The notes beneath the pieces are model-generated. The model saw only the letters and a list, made by a program, of their open reading frames with translations, ran no database searches and was not told the origin of the DNA. A stretch of 63,253 bases of DNA, counting the filler, from Globobulimina sp. (lineage: Eukaryota): assembly GCA_003354225.1 (NCBI GenBank). It is 38 parts of 38 records of this genome, joined end to end, with 100 filler letters (N's around TTAATTAATTAA, not from the genome) between each part and the next. Parts side by side here need not be neighbours in the genome. Positions count along the whole stretch, not along the records: positions 60,022 to 61,587 come from PIVH01014747.1; positions 61,688 to 63,253 come from PIVH01014748.1; 36 more parts are not named here. One strand, 5' to 3'. The first letter of the stretch is position 1, and each line of letters begins with the position of its first letter. Shown here piece after piece: positions 60,035 through 63,253 of this stretch. Both the position numbers and the translations under genes were made by a program.

Positions 60035-61282
60035 ATGATATCTAATTTAACAAAACGGTTTAACGCAGTGGTTTTAAAGAAAGCACAATCACAACTAACA
60101 TCTACATCAAATAACGAATCCAAAGTTGAACACGAATATAAATATGAATCAATTGATCTCAATGATGAGAAACTAGTAAGAAAATGGTTTGATGACAACC
60201 ACAAACAAATTGATAAAACGTGTTTCGAAATAGACAAAATTGTAGGAACTGGAACGTTTGGCATTGTACGAATTGCAACTATCAATATAGGCGAACCTCC
60301 AAAACGTTATAAATCACCGAAAGCAAAATCAGCCATAGCAACGTCAAAAGATAATTGTTCATTAAAAGTAGCAGTTAAACAATTATCAAAAAAATCAATC
60401 TTAGAATATAAGCAATTGCCTCACATTGAAAACGAAAAGGCAATTTTATACCAAATCGATTGTCCATTTATTGTTTCACTGTATACACACTTCCAAGATA
60501 ACAAATATTGTTATTTAATATTAGAATATGCGATTGGTGGCGAATTATTTTCTATATTAAGAGAACGTAAATGTTTATCCATCGCGGACAGTAAGTTTTA
60601 TTCTGCAGAAATATATGTGGCCATTTCATATCTACATAATAAAAATATGATTTATCGCGACCTGAAACCCGAAAACATATTAATCGATAAATACGGACAT
60701 ATCAAGATGACAGATTTTGGATTTGCCAAACAGACAATAACAAATACGTACACATTATGCGGGACGCCCGAATATTTATCGCCAGAAATCATTTGCAATA
60801 AAGGACATAATAAATCATGTGATTGGTGGGCATTTGGGGTGTTAATTTATGAGATGATTGCGGGCTTTCCCCCCTTTTATACAAATGATGACGATATATT
60901 TAAGATATACAAAAAAATATTAAAGTCGCAATATTCGTTTGATTCTGATTTACATAGCAATCAGGAACCGAAATTTGATGAAATTACGAAAGAATTTGTG
61001 GCATCGTTATTAATTATTGATATACCACAAAGATTGGGATGTGGATTGCAGGGCGATGCAGAGATTAAATTCCATCCTTTTTATGATAGTGTTAATTGGC
61101 AGGATATACAAAATAAGAAAATTAAGCCGCCGATTATTCCACAAATTAATGACGACGATGATAGTCAAGATAATACCAAATATTTTGATGATTACGAATC
61201 TGAAGATGTGCAACAACAAATATTTGCGAATGATGAACAGGAATTAACTATTCAACAGCAGATGCAATTTGGTTCGTGGTGA
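60035..61282 (+). CDS. PKA catalytic subunit-like AGC kinase
   Basis: GTGTFG, VAVK, YRDLKPEN, DFGFAK, TYTLCGTPEYLSPE, FDDY, terminal FGSW. Confidence 0.93.
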   Translation: MISNLTKRFNAVVLKKAQSQLTSTSNNESKVEHEYKYESIDLNDEKLVRKWFDDNHKQIDKTCFEIDKIVGTGTFGIVRIATINIGEPPKRYKSPKAKSAIATSKDNCSLKVAVKQLSKKSILEYKQLPHIENEKAILYQIDCPFIVSLYTHFQDNKYCYLILEYAIGGELFSILRERKCLSIADSKFYSAEIYVAISYLHNKNMIYRDLKPENILIDKYGHIKMTDFGFAKQTITNTYTLCGTPEYLSPEIICNKGHNKSCDWWAFGVLIYEMIAGFPPFYTNDDDIFKIYKKILKSQYSFDSDLHSNQEPKFDEITKEFVASLLIIDIPQRLGCGLQGDAEIKFHPFYDSVNWQDIQNKKIKPPIIPQINDDDDSQDNTKYFDDYESEDVQQQIFANDEQELTIQQQMQFGSW

Positions 61283-61687
61283 ACACAACAAATGTTTTGT
61301 GAGATGACGAAGTTTAATTCCGTCCCACTCGTAATTAATGATTCGATATTGCTATAAAACCCTTTTAAATCATTCTATAAAACGTTGCTGCTACACTTTG
61401 ATATCCGTGCACTTCATAACTGAATAAACATAAACAAAAGACTTGAGAGCCAAAACTGCGTTGGACATGTTTTTGAATTAAAATAGTTTTGCATTTTCTC
61501 AAGCAAAAAATCAACCAACAGCTGGATGATTTTGTTGAGAGAGATTAAGTTAAAACTGGATCAGAGCAAAAAGTATGTGAATGAATTNNNNNNNNNNNNN
61601 NNNNNNNNNNNNNNNNNNNNNNNNNNNNNNNTTAATTAATTAANNNNNNNNNNNNNNNNNNNNNNNNNNNNNNNNNNNNNNNNNNNN

Positions 61688-63178
61688 CGGTTTGCGTTTA
61701 AATTTGATAGCTAATAAGTCACCGTCTTCAGCGGGCGCTTCCACCGCACCAATGATCTCCGCTAAGTTCTTGTCGATATTGCCTGCTGTATAGGGCCGGT
61801 ATGCATTGATTTTCTTGCCTGACACACCCATGACACGCGTACGGGTACCACACGCATTCAAAATCGCCTGTGTACTGCCTAACTTCTCCTCGTCATTATT
61901 CAAATAAGCCTCATCCCCCTCGTCATCATTCACGTAGATATTAACCTGAGAGTCGTACTTTTGTTCAACTTTCTCATCCACTGAGTGTTCCAGCTCTTTT
62001 TGAGTATAATAATATCCACCAAATATGTTATCCGTTTCATCCCACGAATCCGACTCCGAATCATCATTCTCAAACAGCGGCAAATCCGGGTATTCCAGCA
62101 CGAGATCTTCGTCATTTATATTGTCAAATTGCGACAGAATCTGCAACATTTTACTGACAAAATCGAGATGTTTGGTGGTAATGGTGGCGGTCACATGATT
62201 CAATTCTTGCCAGGCACATCGCAGCGACATGTCTGAATAACCCATTCTCTCCAATTGCTGCACACTGTCTTCGTTTCTGTTCAATGGCGGATAGCTATTA
62301 AAGCCAACTGTAATAGGTGCAGGCGTTCCGCGCACAATTTGTAATATCTGTAAATAGGATTCATTGTCAACCACTAAGTCCTCGATGCTATGCACATATA
62401 ATCCAATACACAAACCATCGCAAACATGCATATTATCCTCGCGTATATCTGCAATCCACGCATTCAGTTCATTTTCGCCACCATACAAAGTGCAGCCCAA
62501 CGGTTTGCGTTCAAACGTGATGACCAGCTCTGACAGTCGCAAGCGAGCTTGCCGCTCCTTTTCCCGCCTGGCCAATGCATCGCGTTTCCTCTGTTGCAAC
62601 TCTTGCAATTGATCTCTTAAATCCTTTTCGCGTTTCATTTGCCGCTGGAATTTGCTCATAGCTTTCTGCGGACTGCTCATAAAATTAAAATCATGGCCCG
62701 AATGACTGTAAGAACCCATTAGGTGCATATCCGGGGGATCCGCACCGATATTGCTATTATTACCATATTTGATGCCATTTGCTATCATTAGTGACGGCGA
62801 GGACTTATTCTCGTCAGTATCTACAACCTGCAATGCTTGCAATTCTACGATTTTCTTGCTGTCGGCAGCTTGCATTGCGATTTCAATTTGCTTTCGAATG
62901 ATTTCGTCATTTTGAGCATCCAATTCCTTCTCCAATTCAGCTTTGTTTTTTCGACGTGCGCGATGGTCGAAAAATAGAATGCGGAAAACAGTAAATGTGA
63001 TGGATGAAACTGAGACAATCATGCTCCATATCACCGCATTGGAGGATTCTGCAGCTAAGTTATATTCGCTTAACACGATCCAGAGCTGCAATGTAATGGA
63101 GGGGAAGGCCTCCAAGAACATTTCCCAGATTTTGATGGTTTTGTTACTGAGCAACATGACATATGAATGGTTGTCCAT
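61688..63178 (-). CDS. XK-related membrane segment, coiled coil and PDZ-like domain(s) (partial)
   Basis: EMFLEAFPSITLQL..SMIVSVSSI; ITFERKPLG..PITVGF; second AIKFKRKP at contig end. Confidence 0.62.
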
Positions 63179-63253
63179 ATCCCATGCTTGTATGCCATGC
63201 CATCGGCGACCTAAACCAATTAACGTCAGACTCTGAGCAATGTATTTATTTTT

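Noticed and set aside
1570-61687. Regularly spaced TTAATTAATTAA as a CRISPR-like or biological repeat
   Set aside because: Always embedded in N44 blocks; it is a concatenation linker.

Overview
This is not a contiguous locus. It is 38 unrelated short contigs (1569 down to 1566 bp, apparently sorted by length) joined by artificial 100-nt spacers (N44-TTAATTAATTAA-N44), so adjacency across a spacer means nothing. Most contigs come from an AT-rich protist using the standard code, with 54-81-nt GT-AG introns, poly-Asn/His tracts and very short intergenic regions. A foraminiferan-like rhizarian is my inference, from the very divergent beta-like tubulin, the 7TM-RGS protein and the overall style. 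There are four eukaryotic transposable-element fragments and several bacterial pieces, three of them fused to eukaryotic DNA inside a contig (probable amplification chimeras). Highlights: (1) a group IIC intron 5' end sitting exactly at the TTGT site of an integron attC bottom strand; (2) a separate integron cassette array with three attC sites; (3) an in-frame DPH5-FABP-like fusion; (4) a cyclophilin-SYF2 fusion with a single in-frame TGA; (5) a 1448-bp circular contig made only of a DD107E transposase core; (6) a recurrent ~30-aa 'LLxxGY..IPxEVxxICxxFY' module, also inserted in the tubulin; (7) several frameshifts that look like short deletions. All family calls are by motif recognition only; no searches were run.
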